Shown: one piece after another, positions 48,902-60,125 of the stretch
How positions within the stretch are numbered: the stretch's first letter is position 1
How the letters are laid out: the number at the start of each line of letters is the position of its first letter
From: Fretibacterium fastidiosum
GTDB lineage: Bacteria > Synergistota > Synergistia > Synergistales > Aminobacteriaceae
Assembly: GCF_964642095.1 (NCBI RefSeq)
Contig: NZ_OZ209244.1
Coordinates: forward strand, 1,765,106-1,829,105
DNA: 64,000 nucleotides
Reading direction: 5' to 3'
Made by a program: the position numbers and the translations under genes
The notes under the pieces: generated by a model
What the model was told of the DNA's origin: nothing
The model's input: the letters and a program-made list of their open reading frames with translations, nothing else
The model's database searches: none

Positions 48902-49696
48902 ATGAGGGGGATCGAGCTGCCGGCTCAGCTCTTGATCGTCTGTCTCCTCCTTCACCTTCGCTTTGTGGGGCTCGTGTTCAGCGCCCCCGTGTTCACCTCC
49001 GTCATGGCCCCGACGCCCGTGCGCTACCTCTTTGCTGCGCTCCTGACGTTCTCGGCGGCGGGGGGCCTGGGCGGTGCGGAGGTCCCGCTCTTCTACTTCG
49101 ACAGCGTCTTCTCCATCGCCCTCCTGGGCGTTCGCGAGGTCCTGATCGGAGTGGCTCTCGGATTCCTCTCCGCGCTGCCGCTGGTGGCGCTGCGCGTGGC
49201 GGGAGAGCAGGTGGGGACGGTGATCGGCTTCTCCATGGCCCAGGTGCTGGACCCGACGACGCAGACCGAGAGCTCCATCATCGGACAGCTGGAATTCCTG
49301 GTGGGCTTGTGGTTTTATTACCACTGGAACGGGCACCTCCTCATGATTCAGGCGGTGATGGAGAGCGTGAGGCTGGCCCCCGTGGGGCGCCTCCTGCCGT
49401 TTCCGCCGGATTTGATCGAGGTGGGGACCTGGCTTCAGGACCTGTTCATTCTGGCGATGCGGATCACCCTTCCCTTCTTTTGTTCGCTGGTCCTGGCGGA
49501 CGTCGGCCTGGGCTTTCTGGCGCGGACGGTCCCTCAGATGAACATCTTCGTCCTGGGGCTTCCGATCAAGGTGGCGCTGGGCTTTATGGTCCTTGCCGCA
49601 GTTCTGCCGCTGACCGTTGACCTCATCTACACCCAGTTTGAGCGCTGGATCGAGTTTGCCCTGGAGGGGGTGCTGCCTTGGAGCGCTGCGCCGTGA
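48902..49696 (+). CDS. fliR: flagellar export apparatus protein FliR
   Basis: 264-aa polytopic membrane protein following fliQ. Confidence 0.85.
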   Translation: MRGIELPAQLLIVCLLLHLRFVGLVFSAPVFTSVMAPTPVRYLFAALLTFSAAGGLGGAEVPLFYFDSVFSIALLGVREVLIGVALGFLSALPLVALRVAGEQVGTVIGFSMAQVLDPTTQTESSIIGQLEFLVGLWFYYHWNGHLLMIQAVMESVRLAPVGRLLPFPPDLIEVGTWLQDLFILAMRITLPFFCSLVLADVGLGFLARTVPQMNIFVLGLPIKVALGFMVLAAVLPLTVDLIYTQFERWIEFALEGVLPWSAAP

Positions 49697-50778
49697 GCTG
49701 CCGCGTCGCCTTCGACATCCAGTTTTTCGCCCAGGAGCGCACGGAGCCCGCGACGCCCCGGAAGCGCGAGAAGGTGCGCTCCGAGGGCAGGGTGTGCATG
49801 AGCAAGGACCTGACGGCCGCCGTGGGGCTCCTGACGGGGCTTTTGGGGCTGGCGGTCCTGGGGGCCTTCACGTGGCGCGTGATGAGCCGTCTTCTGAGGC
49901 TTTCCCTGAGCTTCATCGGGGATGCGACCCTGGAGCGGGACGGATGGTTTCACTACCTCTCCTGGGAGGTCGTGAAGGACTTCTTCATCTCCTGGCTCCC
50001 CCTGGGGTGCCTGATCGCCTTTTTCTCCGCTGCCGCCGTCATCTGCCAGGTGGGCTGGACGATGACCAGCGAGCCCTTCAAGCCCAACCTGGGGCGGCTC
50101 AACCCCATCAGCGGCATGAAGAAGATCATCTCCCTGCGCTCCGTCGTCGAGCTCTTGAAGGGGCTCTTGAAGGCGGGGGTCTTCGCCGTCGTGATCTACT
50201 CCGCAATCAAGAACTACCTTCCCGCCTCTTCGAGGGCCATGCAGATGCCTCTCGCGCACGGCGCCGCCTCCTTCTGGGACATGCTGTGGACGCTCTCCAT
50301 GCGGCTTGCGGCGATGTTGTTGGCGATGGCGTTGGTCGACTACCTCTACCAGCACTGGGAGTTCGAGCGCTCCATCCGCATGAGCCGGCAGGAGATCAAG
50401 GAGGAGTACAAGCAGATGGAGGGGGACCCGCAGATCAAGAGCAAGATCCGCCAGAAGCAGCGGGAGCTGGCCAAGAAGCGCATGATGGCGGACGTCCCCA
50501 AGGCGGACGTCGTCATCACGAACCCGACGACGCTGGCGGTGGCCCTCCTCTACGATCGAAGGCTGATGAAGGCGCCTCAGGTCGTGGCGAAGGGCAAGGG
50601 CTTCGTGGCGCAGAGGATTCGAGAGCTTGCGGAGGCTGCGGGCGTCCCCGTGGTTGAGAACAAGCCCCTGGCCTGGGCGCTCTACGGGGGCGTCGAGGTG
50701 GGGGAGGAGATATCTCAGGACCTCTACCGCAGCGTTGCGGAGATCCTGGCGATGGTCTACCGGCTCAGGGCGTCGTAA
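49678..50778 (+). CDS. flhB: flagellar export apparatus protein FlhB (alternative GTG start at 49693)
   Basis: ...AQERTEPATPRKREKVRSEG... N-terminus. NPTT autocleavage motif (VVITNPTTLAVAL). 366 aa. Confidence 0.88.
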   Translation: MERCAVSCRVAFDIQFFAQERTEPATPRKREKVRSEGRVCMSKDLTAAVGLLTGLLGLAVLGAFTWRVMSRLLRLSLSFIGDATLERDGWFHYLSWEVVKDFFISWLPLGCLIAFFSAAAVICQVGWTMTSEPFKPNLGRLNPISGMKKIISLRSVVELLKGLLKAGVFAVVIYSAIKNYLPASSRAMQMPLAHGAASFWDMLWTLSMRLAAMLLAMALVDYLYQHWEFERSIRMSRQEIKEEYKQMEGDPQIKSKIRQKQRELAKKRMMADVPKADVVITNPTTLAVALLYDRRLMKAPQVVAKGKGFVAQRIRELAEAAGVPVVENKPLAWALYGGVEVGEEISQDLYRSVAEILAMVYRLRAS

Positions 50779-50926
50779 TCGAAGTGAAAAAAGCGGCGGA
50801 AACGCGCGTTTCTGTTGTATAATCATGGTGTAGCCCCGTTGACGTTTGCGTTTGAAGCGTTATCTGCTCTGAAATTCTATCTTTAAATTTTATCTTCTTA
50901 CGATGATGAAGGGAAATCATTCAAAC

Positions 50927-51676
50927 ATGAAAAAGACGGTATGGCTTGTGTTGGCGCTTGCGATATGCCTCGTTCCCCACGCGGCCTTTGCGGCCGACTT
51001 GCCGGAGCTCGCGAGGTGGACGCGCACCAGCGACTTCGCGGATCGCGACGAGGCGCAGAGGGTGAAGGTGAGCGTGGTCTATTACTCCAACGAGTACGTT
51101 GAGGCCCTTGTGAAGGCCGAGGCGGAGAAGAACCTCTGGACCCGGGACGAGACGGAGAACTACAAGTACACGCTCCTGAAGACGCTGAACTTCCACGACG
51201 CCATCGCCTTTCAGCTGACCCTTTACGTGGAGGGCCTCCCCATGTACGCTCAGCCCTTCGATCGCCACATCAGCCTGTGGATCGGCAACAAGCGCTACAA
51301 CCCTACGGACTACGACAAGCGGTTCAACGTCAAGATCCTTGGGGAGCGGGACGGGATGATCTGGTTCCCGCGGTACGACCCCAAGACGGGCGCGGAGCTC
51401 CTCAAGGGGGCGAAGGACATCCGCCTCGTCCTGGACGGCGCCATCAGTCAGGCGATCTCCCCCCGTGGCGACGCCATGTGGGTCTGGGACATCACGAAGG
51501 ACGTGGAGGGGGCCCTGGGGAACGGCAGGGCCATGGACCGGCTTGAGCTGGATCGTCTGATCAAGCGCCTCGAGAAGCTGAACCAGGAGCGCGGTGCGCT
51601 TCAACTTCAGGTGGATTCCATCGACCAGGAATTGAACAAGGTCAATTCCCGCATCGATGAGCTGCAGGGCAGGTAA
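50927..51676 (+). CDS. hypothetical secreted protein with C-terminal coiled coil
   Basis: MKKTVWLVLALAICLVPHAAFA signal peptide. C-terminal ...LIKRLEKLNQERGALQLQVDSIDQELNKVNSRIDELQ heptad-like region. Occupies the slot where flhA is usually found. Confidence 0.5.
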   Translation: MKKTVWLVLALAICLVPHAAFAADLPELARWTRTSDFADRDEAQRVKVSVVYYSNEYVEALVKAEAEKNLWTRDETENYKYTLLKTLNFHDAIAFQLTLYVEGLPMYAQPFDRHISLWIGNKRYNPTDYDKRFNVKILGERDGMIWFPRYDPKTGAELLKGAKDIRLVLDGAISQAISPRGDAMWVWDITKDVEGALGNGRAMDRLELDRLIKRLEKLNQERGALQLQVDSIDQELNKVNSRIDELQGR

Positions 51677-51699
51677 TTTCAGGAAAGGAAGGGAACGCC

Positions 51700-52656
51700 A
51701 TGGATCGTATCGCCGTATTGACCAGCGGAGGGGATTCGCCCGGCATGAACGCAGCCATCCGCGCAGTGGCCCGCACCTGTCATTACAACGACAAGGAGTG
51801 CATCGGCGTCATGCGGGGCTATGAGGGACTGATCGAAGGGGACTTCAAGGTGCTGGACCGGGCCTCCGTGGGGGGCATCATCCATCGGGGTGGCACGATC
51901 CTCAAGACCGCGCGCAGCGATCGCTTCAAGACCCAGGAGGGGCGCGAGGCGGCCCTCCTGAAGATGAAGGAGGCGGGAATCGAGGGCCTGGTCGTGATCG
52001 GCGGGGACGGGTCCTTCCATGGCGCGAAGGCTCTGCACGAGATGGGGATGCCCGTCATCGGCATTCCCGGCACCATCGACAACGACGTGGCGGGGACGGA
52101 CGAGACCATCGGCTTCGACACGGCGGTGAACACGGCCCTCGAGGCGATCATGCGCCTGAGGGACACGGCCTCCAGCCACGACCGCCTGTTCATCGTCGAG
52201 GTCATGGGGCGCAACGCCGGCTTCCTGGCGCTTGAGACTGCGGTGGCCTCCGGCGCGGAGTACGCCGTCGTTCCGGAGATTCCCCTGAGCATCGGCAACC
52301 TCTGCAAGCTGCTTCGAGAGTCCCATGCGGAGCACAAGAGCCACACCCTCATCATCCTGGCGGAGGGGGTCATGTCCGCCACGGAGATGCGGGACAAGCT
52401 TCAGGATACGGGAGGGTACGACGCCCGGGTCACGGTGCTGGGGTACATCCAGCGGGGTGGAAGCCCCACGTCCTTTGACGTCGTCCTCGCCACCCGCATG
52501 GGGGCCTTTGCGACGGACAACCTGCTGATCGGAAAAAGCGGCTTTATGGTGGGGAACGTGAACCACAAGCTGGTCCTGAGCGACCTGGAGCGCTCCTGGA
52601 CCGAGCACAAGAACCTGAGCCCGGAGCTGCTGAACCTGATCCACAAGATGAACTGA
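51700..52656 (+). CDS. pfkA: ATP-dependent 6-phosphofructokinase
   Basis: MDRIAVLTSGGDSPGMNAAIRAV...GIPGTIDNDV...MGR motifs. 318 aa. Confidence 0.93.
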   Translation: MDRIAVLTSGGDSPGMNAAIRAVARTCHYNDKECIGVMRGYEGLIEGDFKVLDRASVGGIIHRGGTILKTARSDRFKTQEGREAALLKMKEAGIEGLVVIGGDGSFHGAKALHEMGMPVIGIPGTIDNDVAGTDETIGFDTAVNTALEAIMRLRDTASSHDRLFIVEVMGRNAGFLALETAVASGAEYAVVPEIPLSIGNLCKLLRESHAEHKSHTLIILAEGVMSATEMRDKLQDTGGYDARVTVLGYIQRGGSPTSFDVVLATRMGAFATDNLLIGKSGFMVGNVNHKLVLSDLERSWTEHKNLSPELLNLIHKMN

Positions 52657-52657
52657 C

Positions 52658-53569
52658 ATGGGTTCCGGGGAAGGAGCGTCCGCGGCGGCGGACTGCGGAG
52701 GCCTCGACGTCGGGGCGCTCCTGCGGATCGTCGCCTCTGACCTGGGGGGACGAAAGGTTCCCGCCCTCTCCCGCCCCTCCGCCTGGGAGGAGGCCCTGGC
52801 CCTCTGCCTGGCGGCCGAGGGCGTGGCGATCGTGACGGGGTTCTTTATCGCGTCGGCCGGCGCCCCGGAGACGGACGGACCGTCGGGAAGCGTCGTCTTG
52901 GGGCGGGCCCTGGAGCTCCTGGGCCGGAGGGTGCGGCTGGTGACGGACTCCCGCAACAGCCTCGTCCTGTCCGCCTGCTCCACCGCGCTGGGCGGTCCCC
53001 CCGTCGCGGCGATGGATCGCCCTCACCCCGACGCGCTGGAAGGGGCGGACCTCCTGGTCTTTCTGGAACGTCCGGGGCGCGCCGGAGACGGACGGTACTA
53101 CAACATGAGGGGGAGGGACATCTCGGCCTCCGTCGTGCCCCTGGACGACCTGGCCGCCCACGCGCTGGAGCGTGGACTTCCCGTCATAGGGATCGGTGAC
53201 GGGGGCAACGAGGCCGGAATGGGCGCCCTTTACGAGCCGCTGAAGCGGCTGATCCCGGAGTATGCGCGTTGTCTGTCCCGCGTGCCTGCAACCGTCTGCC
53301 TCCCCGCGGACGTCTCCAACTGGGGCGGGTACGCGCTGGCCGCCCTCCTGTCTGCCGCCTCGGGCCGGTGGGTGGGCCTGTCCCCCGGCGAGGAGGGGCG
53401 GGTCCTGAGGGCCGCCGTCGGCGCGGGGGCGGTGGACGGCACGACGGGCCGCAGCGCCCTCTCCGTCGACGGGTTTCCGCTGGAGCGCCTGGAGCGGGTG
53501 GCGGTGCAGCTTGAGGATTGGTATCGCTCTGGAAAAGACGTTCTCAATAAAGACAAAAACAATGCCTGA
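52658..53569 (+). CDS. DUF4392 family protein (D-glutamate cyclase-like)
   Basis: ITGFFIASAGAPETDGPSG motif characteristic of DUF4392. 303 aa. Confidence 0.5.
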   Translation: MGSGEGASAAADCGGLDVGALLRIVASDLGGRKVPALSRPSAWEEALALCLAAEGVAIVTGFFIASAGAPETDGPSGSVVLGRALELLGRRVRLVTDSRNSLVLSACSTALGGPPVAAMDRPHPDALEGADLLVFLERPGRAGDGRYYNMRGRDISASVVPLDDLAAHALERGLPVIGIGDGGNEAGMGALYEPLKRLIPEYARCLSRVPATVCLPADVSNWGGYALAALLSAASGRWVGLSPGEEGRVLRAAVGAGAVDGTTGRSALSVDGFPLERLERVAVQLEDWYRSGKDVLNKDKNNA

Positions 53570-53582
53570 AGCGTGATGTCCG

Positions 53583-54017
53583 GTGAAGCACAAATCCTTT
53601 TTTCCTCTGCTTTTGATATCCTTTGCGATGGCGCTCACGATCCTGTCCTTTTGGGTGGTTCGGAAGAACAGCCTCAATCCGCGGCAGGGCTTTACGATCT
53701 CCAACGTCTCGGTCAGCGTCGATTTTGACGACCGCCGCTTCCTGGCAGGGACGGCCTCGCGCTTTCCCTATGGGGCAAGGCAGGTGTTCGTGCGCTTCGA
53801 TTACAGCAGTCTTGAGACGAACAGCTCGATGGACCTCTCCTGGGACTGGGGGCAGAAGCGGGTGCAGGCTGAGACCTATGAGCTCTCCGCGCCGTCGGGC
53901 ACGCGGATGTACTGCCTGCTGAAGGAGGACGGCTCCCCTCTGCCGCGGGGGGTGTACACCGTCACGATCCAATGCCTGACCGAGATCATGCCGCACTTTC
54001 ATTTTGAGATCTATTGA
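53583..54017 (+). CDS. hypothetical membrane-anchored protein
   Basis: N-terminal hydrophobic segment FFPLLLISFAMALTILSFWVV. 144 aa. No recognised motif. Confidence 0.4.
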   Translation: MKHKSFFPLLLISFAMALTILSFWVVRKNSLNPRQGFTISNVSVSVDFDDRRFLAGTASRFPYGARQVFVRFDYSSLETNSSMDLSWDWGQKRVQAETYELSAPSGTRMYCLLKEDGSPLPRGVYTVTIQCLTEIMPHFHFEIY

Positions 54018-54177
54018 CGCTGCGCCCGGTCCGGGGACGGCACGGATTGAGCGCGACGAAGGATCGGCGATTTTTTCAAAAGGGGCGTTCCGTGAAATTT
54101 TAAATGGGGCTGCGCTCCCCTTCGGGGAGCTTTCCGGCGGGCAGTTCCCAACGATTTAGCTAGCGTTTCTTTCTAAA

Positions 54178-54611
54178 TACAAAATCGCGTCTAATGTGGA
54201 TTGCCTCCCCTGAAAGGGGAGGTGCCGCCAAGGGCGGCGGAGGGGTTCAGCCAGACGACCGGCCTCACGCAAGCCGATCTTTCGGGAGGATTGCGGCGGC
54301 CGGCCGATCGGCTGAGGGCGAAGGAAGTCCGGGGGACTTCCGCAGCTCAGCCAGACGACACGACTTACGGACGCCGACAGGCGGTCGGCGTCGTGTCGGT
54401 CGGCTGAGCCGAAGCAAGGTAATTGATTGCCTTGTGGAGGCGTTGACGGGGAATGTCAGACAGGCGCGTCTTATGAAAAACACCCCTCCCCTTCGGGGAG
54501 CCTTCCGGCAGCCGTTCGCTGACGCTCACGGGCCGTCAGTCCTAGCCCCTTCGGGGCAGCCCCCCTTGCAGGGGGGGCCTTTCTTGCCCTTCTTTAAACG
54601 CGATTTGGTAT
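54178..54611. repeat. MITE-like repeat copy B (~434 bp, inverted relative to copies A/C, composite with ~270-bp internal segment)
   Basis: Left end ATACAAAATCGCGTCTAATGTGGATTGCCTCCCCTGAAAGGGGAGGTG is the reverse complement of copy A's right end. Right end ...CCCCTTCGGGGCAGCCCCCCTTGCAGGGGGGGCCTTTCTTGCCCTTCTTTAAACGCGATTTGGTAT is the reverse complement of copy A's left end. Interior carries extra direct repeats (CAGCCAGACGAC x2) and palindromes. Confidence 0.75.
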
Positions 54612-54644
54612 AAGGTGTTCGCTTTAAGGTGAAATTTTTTTGAG

Positions 54645-56438
54645 GTGAAAGACGATGAAGCACAACGAACAGAACTTGGAGCGGTTATGGTGAAGGTTCT
54701 TGACGAGAAGGCGGCGACCCCTCGCAGGAGGGGACGGCCGCCGCGCGTGAAGGAGCCTGCGGAGGCCCTTGAAGAGGTGAAGGCGACGCAGCCTGAGGAG
54801 GCGGAAGGTTCCTCCCCGGCGGAGGAGAGCGCGGTGGTGAAGGTGCGCCGCCCGCGGGGCAGGCCGCCGAAGAACGCGGCGAAAAAAATTGAGGAAGCGG
54901 AGACCTCCCAACAGCTCCTGCTCCTTCCGGACGCCCGGAGGGTGGAGGCGGTGGAGCCCTCCGAGGCGTCGAAACCGGAGGTGCCGGCGCCCGACGAACC
55001 GGTGGATGAGATGGAGGAGACGACGGCGTATGGGGCGGAACCTGATTCCGCGTCCGAGGCGCAGGTCGTCCAGCCCGTCGAGGACGGGGAATCACCGGCC
55101 CCTCTCGAGCCGGCCCCCGACGAGCCGGCGGAGGCACGGGCACCTTACGCCCGTGCGTCGGTTCACGAGGTGACGCCCCATCCGAAGCCCAAGCACACCT
55201 ACTCCTACCTTGCGGCCCAGACCCTCACGGACCTTCGGAAGATCGGGCGGGAGTTCAACGTCGCGGGTCCCACCACGATGCACAAGGACGACCTGATCAT
55301 CTCCATCCTGAAGGCCCAGGCGGAGAGCATGAACTACCGCTTCGGTGGCGGGACGCTCGAGATCCTGCCCGAGGGGTTCGGCTTCCTTCGTCCCAAGGGG
55401 ATGCTGCCGACGGACAACGACGTCTACCTCTCGCTGTCCCAGATTCGGCGCTTCGGGCTTCGGAACGGGGACGTCATCTGGGGCCTGATCCGCCCGCCGC
55501 GGGACCAGGAGCACTACGAGGCGCTCCTGCGCGTGGAGACGGTGAACTTCTCGGACCCCGAGTCCTCTCGACATCGTCCGATGTTCGCCCACTTGACGCC
55601 CATCTTTCCCAACGTCCGAATCAACCTGGACTCCGGCCCTGGGGACTGGGCAACGCGCCTGGTGGACATGTTCGCCCCCATCGGCCTGGGGCAGCGCGCG
55701 CTGATCGTCTCGCCCCCCAAGGCGGGCAAGACGACGCTCTTGAAGCGCATCGCCAAGGCCATCTCCGCGAACTCGCCGGACATTATCCTGATGGCCCTCC
55801 TGATCGACGAACGCCCCGAGGAGGTGACGGACATCTCCCGCTCCATCGACGGAGAGGTGATCGCCTCGACGTTCGACCGCCCTGCGGACGAGCACATTCG
55901 AGTGGCCAACCTCGCCATCGAGAAGGCGAAGCGCCTGGTCGAGGCAAAGCGCGACGTCGTCATCCTCCTGGACTCGATCACGCGCCTGGCCCGCGCCTCG
56001 AACCTGACGGTCCCGCCGTCGGGCCGTACCCTGTCGGGAGGCCTGGACCCCTCCGGGCTCTACTTCCCGAAGCGCTTTTTCGGCGCTGCCCGAAACTTCG
56101 AGGAGGGCGGGAGCCTGACGATCATCGGGACGGCCCTGACGGATACGGGCAGCCGCATGGACGACGTCATCTACGAGGAGTTCAAGGGAACGGGCAACAT
56201 GGAGCTGCACCTGTCGCGCAAGCTGGCGGAACAGCGGATATTCCCCGCCATCGACATCACGCGGTCCGGGACGCGGCGGGAGGAGCTCTTGATCCCCGAG
56301 GACGAGCTGGCCCGCCTCTGGGCTCTGCGGAAGCGAATCGTTGGGGTGGACGAGGCCGGGGCGCTGAACCTGATCCTCGACAAGCTCAAGCAGACGAAGG
56401 ACAACCACGAATTCCTGATGTCCATAAAGCTGGCCTGA
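54645..56438 (+). CDS. rho: transcription termination factor Rho with long low-complexity N-terminal insertion (alternative ATG start at 54687)
   Basis: C-terminal two-thirds is canonical Rho: cold-shock-like RNA-binding domain, Walker [11 protein letters not shown], and ...RLARASN...SGG.... The ~170-aa N-terminal region is rich in E/P/A/R. Confidence 0.9.
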   Translation: MKDDEAQRTELGAVMVKVLDEKAATPRRRGRPPRVKEPAEALEEVKATQPEEAEGSSPAEESAVVKVRRPRGRPPKNAAKKIEEAETSQQLLLLPDARRVEAVEPSEASKPEVPAPDEPVDEMEETTAYGAEPDSASEAQVVQPVEDGESPAPLEPAPDEPAEARAPYARASVHEVTPHPKPKHTYSYLAAQTLTDLRKIGREFNVAGPTTMHKDDLIISILKAQAESMNYRFGGGTLEILPEGFGFLRPKGMLPTDNDVYLSLSQIRRFGLRNGDVIWGLIRPPRDQEHYEALLRVETVNFSDPESSRHRPMFAHLTPIFPNVRINLDSGPGDWATRLVDMFAPIGLGQRALIVSPPKAGKTTLLKRIAKAISANSPDIILMALLIDERPEEVTDISRSIDGEVIASTFDRPADEHIRVANLAIEKAKRLVEAKRDVVILLDSITRLARASNLTVPPSGRTLSGGLDPSGLYFPKRFFGAARNFEEGGSLTIIGTALTDTGSRMDDVIYEEFKGTGNMELHLSRKLAEQRIFPAIDITRSGTRREELLIPEDELARLWALRKRIVGVDEAGALNLILDKLKQTKDNHEFLMSIKLA

Positions 56439-56497
56439 CCCGACGCCTGGGGCGCGGGACGGAACTTTCGCGCGCGTCGGGCGATTATGCGGCATCT

Positions 56498-56508
56498 TGT
56501 GCTATAAT
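56498..56508 (+). promoter_or_regulatory. extended -10 promoter element (TGcTATAAT) upstream of the LysM-M23 peptidase gene
   Basis: TATAAT at 56503-56508 preceded by TGC. Implies the peptidase CDS starts downstream of ~56515. Confidence 0.4.
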
Positions 56509-56529
56509 TCACGTATCGTACTTTGTCTT

Positions 56530-58173
56530 ATGACGAGCTTTGTGCCGGAACCGCATCCGCGCGCGGCGAAGGCATGTCGGGAGGAGTTGTCTTTGAGGAC
56601 ATTCGATCGTCGAACGCCGGATCGAAAGGTTTTTCCTGCTGAAGGCAAGAAGCGCAGAGGAAGGGAAAAAAAGGCTTCGCTGGACTTTTGTTGGGGTTTT
56701 TGCGTCGTCGTCTGTTTCACCTTTGGTCTGGCTTCGTTTTTGATGTTCTCCGCCTGGGAACGCTTTTCCGGCGTGGCGTGGGGCGGAGTCGAGGATCGGG
56801 AAAACGAGGGGGTCGTGGCGGAGGAGGGCTTCCTCGCGTTCGACGTGAGCGACATGCAACGCGATGACCTCCTGGCCGCAGCGCCCCTGGAGGTCATCGG
56901 GGAGGACGATCGGGAGGAGCCGATGGCCTCCCTCCCCGCCGAGCCGGCGGAATCCGAGGTCCGTGCCGAGGTCAGCGAGCTTCCGCTGAAGGAGGACTTC
57001 GGCCCCCTTCCCAAGTACCTGTCGGATTACGAGAGCATCGTCCTGAGCGCTCAGGACGACGGTACCCGCTTAGCGGAGGACGTCATCCCGTCAGACCCTG
57101 TCCCCCAGTTTGTGGAGGTGGGCACCGACTGGAAGGAGCACGTCGTCAAGTCGGGCGAGACGCTCTCGGACATCGCTCTGACCTTTGGCGGGCTCACCGC
57201 TCAGGACATCCTGAGGGCCAACGGGCTTAAGGACGCCAATCGCCTGGCCGAAAATCAGCTTCTCCTGATCCCTAAAGACGCGGACAAAATTGAAGAAACC
57301 CTTGAGGAGGTTCGCACGCGGCAGGCCCGCGTGGCGGCCCTGCGGGAGAAGGTCGAGCCTCTGAAGGTCTCGTCCTACGTGGTGGCCCAGGGAGACAGCC
57401 TGTGGTCCATCTCGAACTCCCAGAACATAGAGCTGGACACGCTTGTGGGCAGCAACGTCTTCAAGGCGACCCTGCACCCCGGACAGACCCTCCGCATCCC
57501 CAACCAGGAGGGAATCTTCTACACCCTGCGCAAGGGGGAGAAGATCGAGGCCGTCTGCAAGCGCTACGGGGTCGAGCTGGCCAAGCTGCGCCAGGTGAAC
57601 CACACCGTTGACGTGGTTGCCCTGAAGCCGGGGGATGAAATCTTCCTTCCCGGCGCAAGGCCGGAGGCCCTGGCCGTCACCCACGAGGAACCCCTTAAGG
57701 CGGAGAAGTCCGCCCCTGCCAGGAACGCTGCGCCCAGGGTTGCGAAGAACGCGAAGCAGAAGGAGGCGCCTGGGGCCGTTAAGGCCTCCCGCTCCTACCG
57801 ATGGCCGATCATGGGGCGGATCAACAGCCCCTTTGGCTGGAGGCGGCACCCCATCACGCGTCGTCAGGACTTCCATACGGGGATCGACATCAAGGCCAGC
57901 CGGGGTGCGGCAATTCGTTGCGCCCGGGACGGTCGGGTGGCCTATGCGGGCTGGATGGGCGGCTACGGCAAGGTGGCGGTCATCGAGCATCCGGGCGGGC
58001 AGTCCACGCTCTACGCACATTGCAGCACCCTCCTGCTGAAGCAGGGGGCGGCGGTGAGGCAGGGAGAGAATATCGCAAGGGTTGGAACGACGGGACGCTC
58101 AACGGGGCCGCATCTCCACTTTGAGGTTCGCAACGGGAACAGCCCGGTCAACCCTCTGAAATATCTGAAGTGA
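56530..58173 (+). CDS. LysM-domain M23 family metallo-endopeptidase (start uncertain: ATG 56530 or TTG 56593)
   Basis: N-terminal TM segment. Two LysM-like segments (HVVKSGETLSDIA..., YVVAQGDSLWSISN...). C-terminal M23 motifs HTGIDI...YAGWMGGYGKVAVIEH...LYAHC...GPHLHFEV. Confidence 0.8.
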   Translation: MTSFVPEPHPRAAKACREELSLRTFDRRTPDRKVFPAEGKKRRGREKKASLDFCWGFCVVVCFTFGLASFLMFSAWERFSGVAWGGVEDRENEGVVAEEGFLAFDVSDMQRDDLLAAAPLEVIGEDDREEPMASLPAEPAESEVRAEVSELPLKEDFGPLPKYLSDYESIVLSAQDDGTRLAEDVIPSDPVPQFVEVGTDWKEHVVKSGETLSDIALTFGGLTAQDILRANGLKDANRLAENQLLLIPKDADKIEETLEEVRTRQARVAALREKVEPLKVSSYVVAQGDSLWSISNSQNIELDTLVGSNVFKATLHPGQTLRIPNQEGIFYTLRKGEKIEAVCKRYGVELAKLRQVNHTVDVVALKPGDEIFLPGARPEALAVTHEEPLKAEKSAPARNAAPRVAKNAKQKEAPGAVKASRSYRWPIMGRINSPFGWRRHPITRRQDFHTGIDIKASRGAAIRCARDGRVAYAGWMGGYGKVAVIEHPGGQSTLYAHCSTLLLKQGAAVRQGENIARVGTTGRSTGPHLHFEVRNGNSPVNPLKYLK

Positions 58174-58189
58174 TTCCACATTGTAAAGA

Positions 58190-58230
58190 AGACGGGGGTC
58201 AGAGCCTTTCTGGCCCCGTTTTTTATTTTG
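58190..58230 (+). terminator. probable intrinsic terminator after the peptidase gene
   Basis: GC-rich hairpin GGGGGTCAGAGCCTTTCTGGCCCCG followed by TTTTTTATTTT. Confidence 0.5.
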
Positions 58231-58277
58231 AGGCCGCCCCGGCCACTCGGCGGGGCACTGAAAGAAACACTGACTAA

Positions 58278-58434
58278 TACCAATTTGCGTCTAAAGGGCA
58301 AGAAAGGCCCCCCTGCAAGGGGGGCTGCCCCGAAGGGGCTGGGGGGTGTTGAGCCTGAGAAACAACCCCTCCGGTTCGCTGACGCGAACCACCTCCCCTT
58401 TCAGGGGAGGCAATCATTAAACGCGAATTGGTAT
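58278..58434. repeat. MITE-like repeat copy C (~157 bp)
   Basis: ATACCAATTTGCGTCTAAAGGGCAAGAAAGGCCCCCCTGCAAGGGGGGCTGCCCCGAAGGGGCTGGGGGGTGTTGAG...CCCCTTTCAGGGGAGGCAATCATTAAACGCGAATTGGTAT. Same orientation and core as copy A. Confidence 0.8.
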
Positions 58435-58436
58435 AA

Positions 58437-60092
<1,656 letters not shown>

Positions 60093-60125
60093 CCCTTTGG
60101 CCCAAGAGACAATGAGGGAGGTATA

